Source: Candidatus Eiseniibacteriota bacterium
GTDB lineage: Bacteria; Eisenbacteria; RBG-16-71-46
Reading direction: 5' to 3'
DNA: 64,000 nucleotides
NCBI GenBank assembly: GCA_041483195.1
Contig: JBGPFC010000018.1
Span: forward strand, 15,140-79,139
Positions within the stretch are counted from its first letter, which is position 1. Each line of letters begins with the position of its first letter. A program made the position numbers and the translations under genes. Of this stretch, positions 63,867 to 64,000 are shown piece after piece. Under the pieces are notes generated by a model that did not search any database, was not told the origin of the DNA, and saw only the letters and a list, made by a program, of their open reading frames with translations.

Positions 63867-64000
63867 GAGCCTGTCCGAGTATTCGTCAAAGTTCTGGCGT
63901 GGACTGGTGACGGTGTGGAAGATGCGGATATGAAGACCTTCCGCCCGTACCAGCCCGATCAGCAGTTGCTGTTGCCGCCCTCCATCGAGGAGTGGCTTCC
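63867..64000 (+). mobile_element. IS1182-family insertion sequence left end, transposase start at 63930 (truncated by window)
   Basis: MKTFRPYQPDQQLLLPPSIEEWLP is a typical IS1182 N-terminus; candidate IR GAGCCTGTCCGAG immediately follows CTAG. Confidence 0.8.

Overview
High-GC bacterial chromosomal window. Several secreted proteins with FlgD-Ig/T9SS-like C-terminal domains and two ending in a (T/S)WGx(I/L)Kx(L/I)YR tail suggest an FCB-related lineage such as Ca. Eisenbacteria; this is inference. Recognisable genes include moaA, murB, pepT, mscL, a sugar-type ABC importer lacking its binding protein, two ABC exporters, a Ser/Thr kinase, a VPS10-like hydrolase, an AAA+/VWA pair and a DUF4160/DUF2442 pair. 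Features not evident from the ORF track: (1) a CxxU Rdx/SelW selenoprotein with a SECIS-like hairpin (22312-22533); (2) an integron cassette array without an integrase in the window, with two clear attC sites, ending at an IS1182-like element (61525-64000); (3) a 2.4 kb islet bounded by a duplicated moaA 3' end (13281-15699); (4) three paralogous TMTC-like GT-C+TPR membrane proteins, two apparently starting at CTG behind an identical GAGGTG-N5 site; (5) a candidate glycine-zipper toxin/immunity pair (44897-46007) beside a near-consensus sigma-54 promoter. No rRNA, tRNA or CRISPR array was seen. All family calls come from reading motifs by eye; no searches were run.
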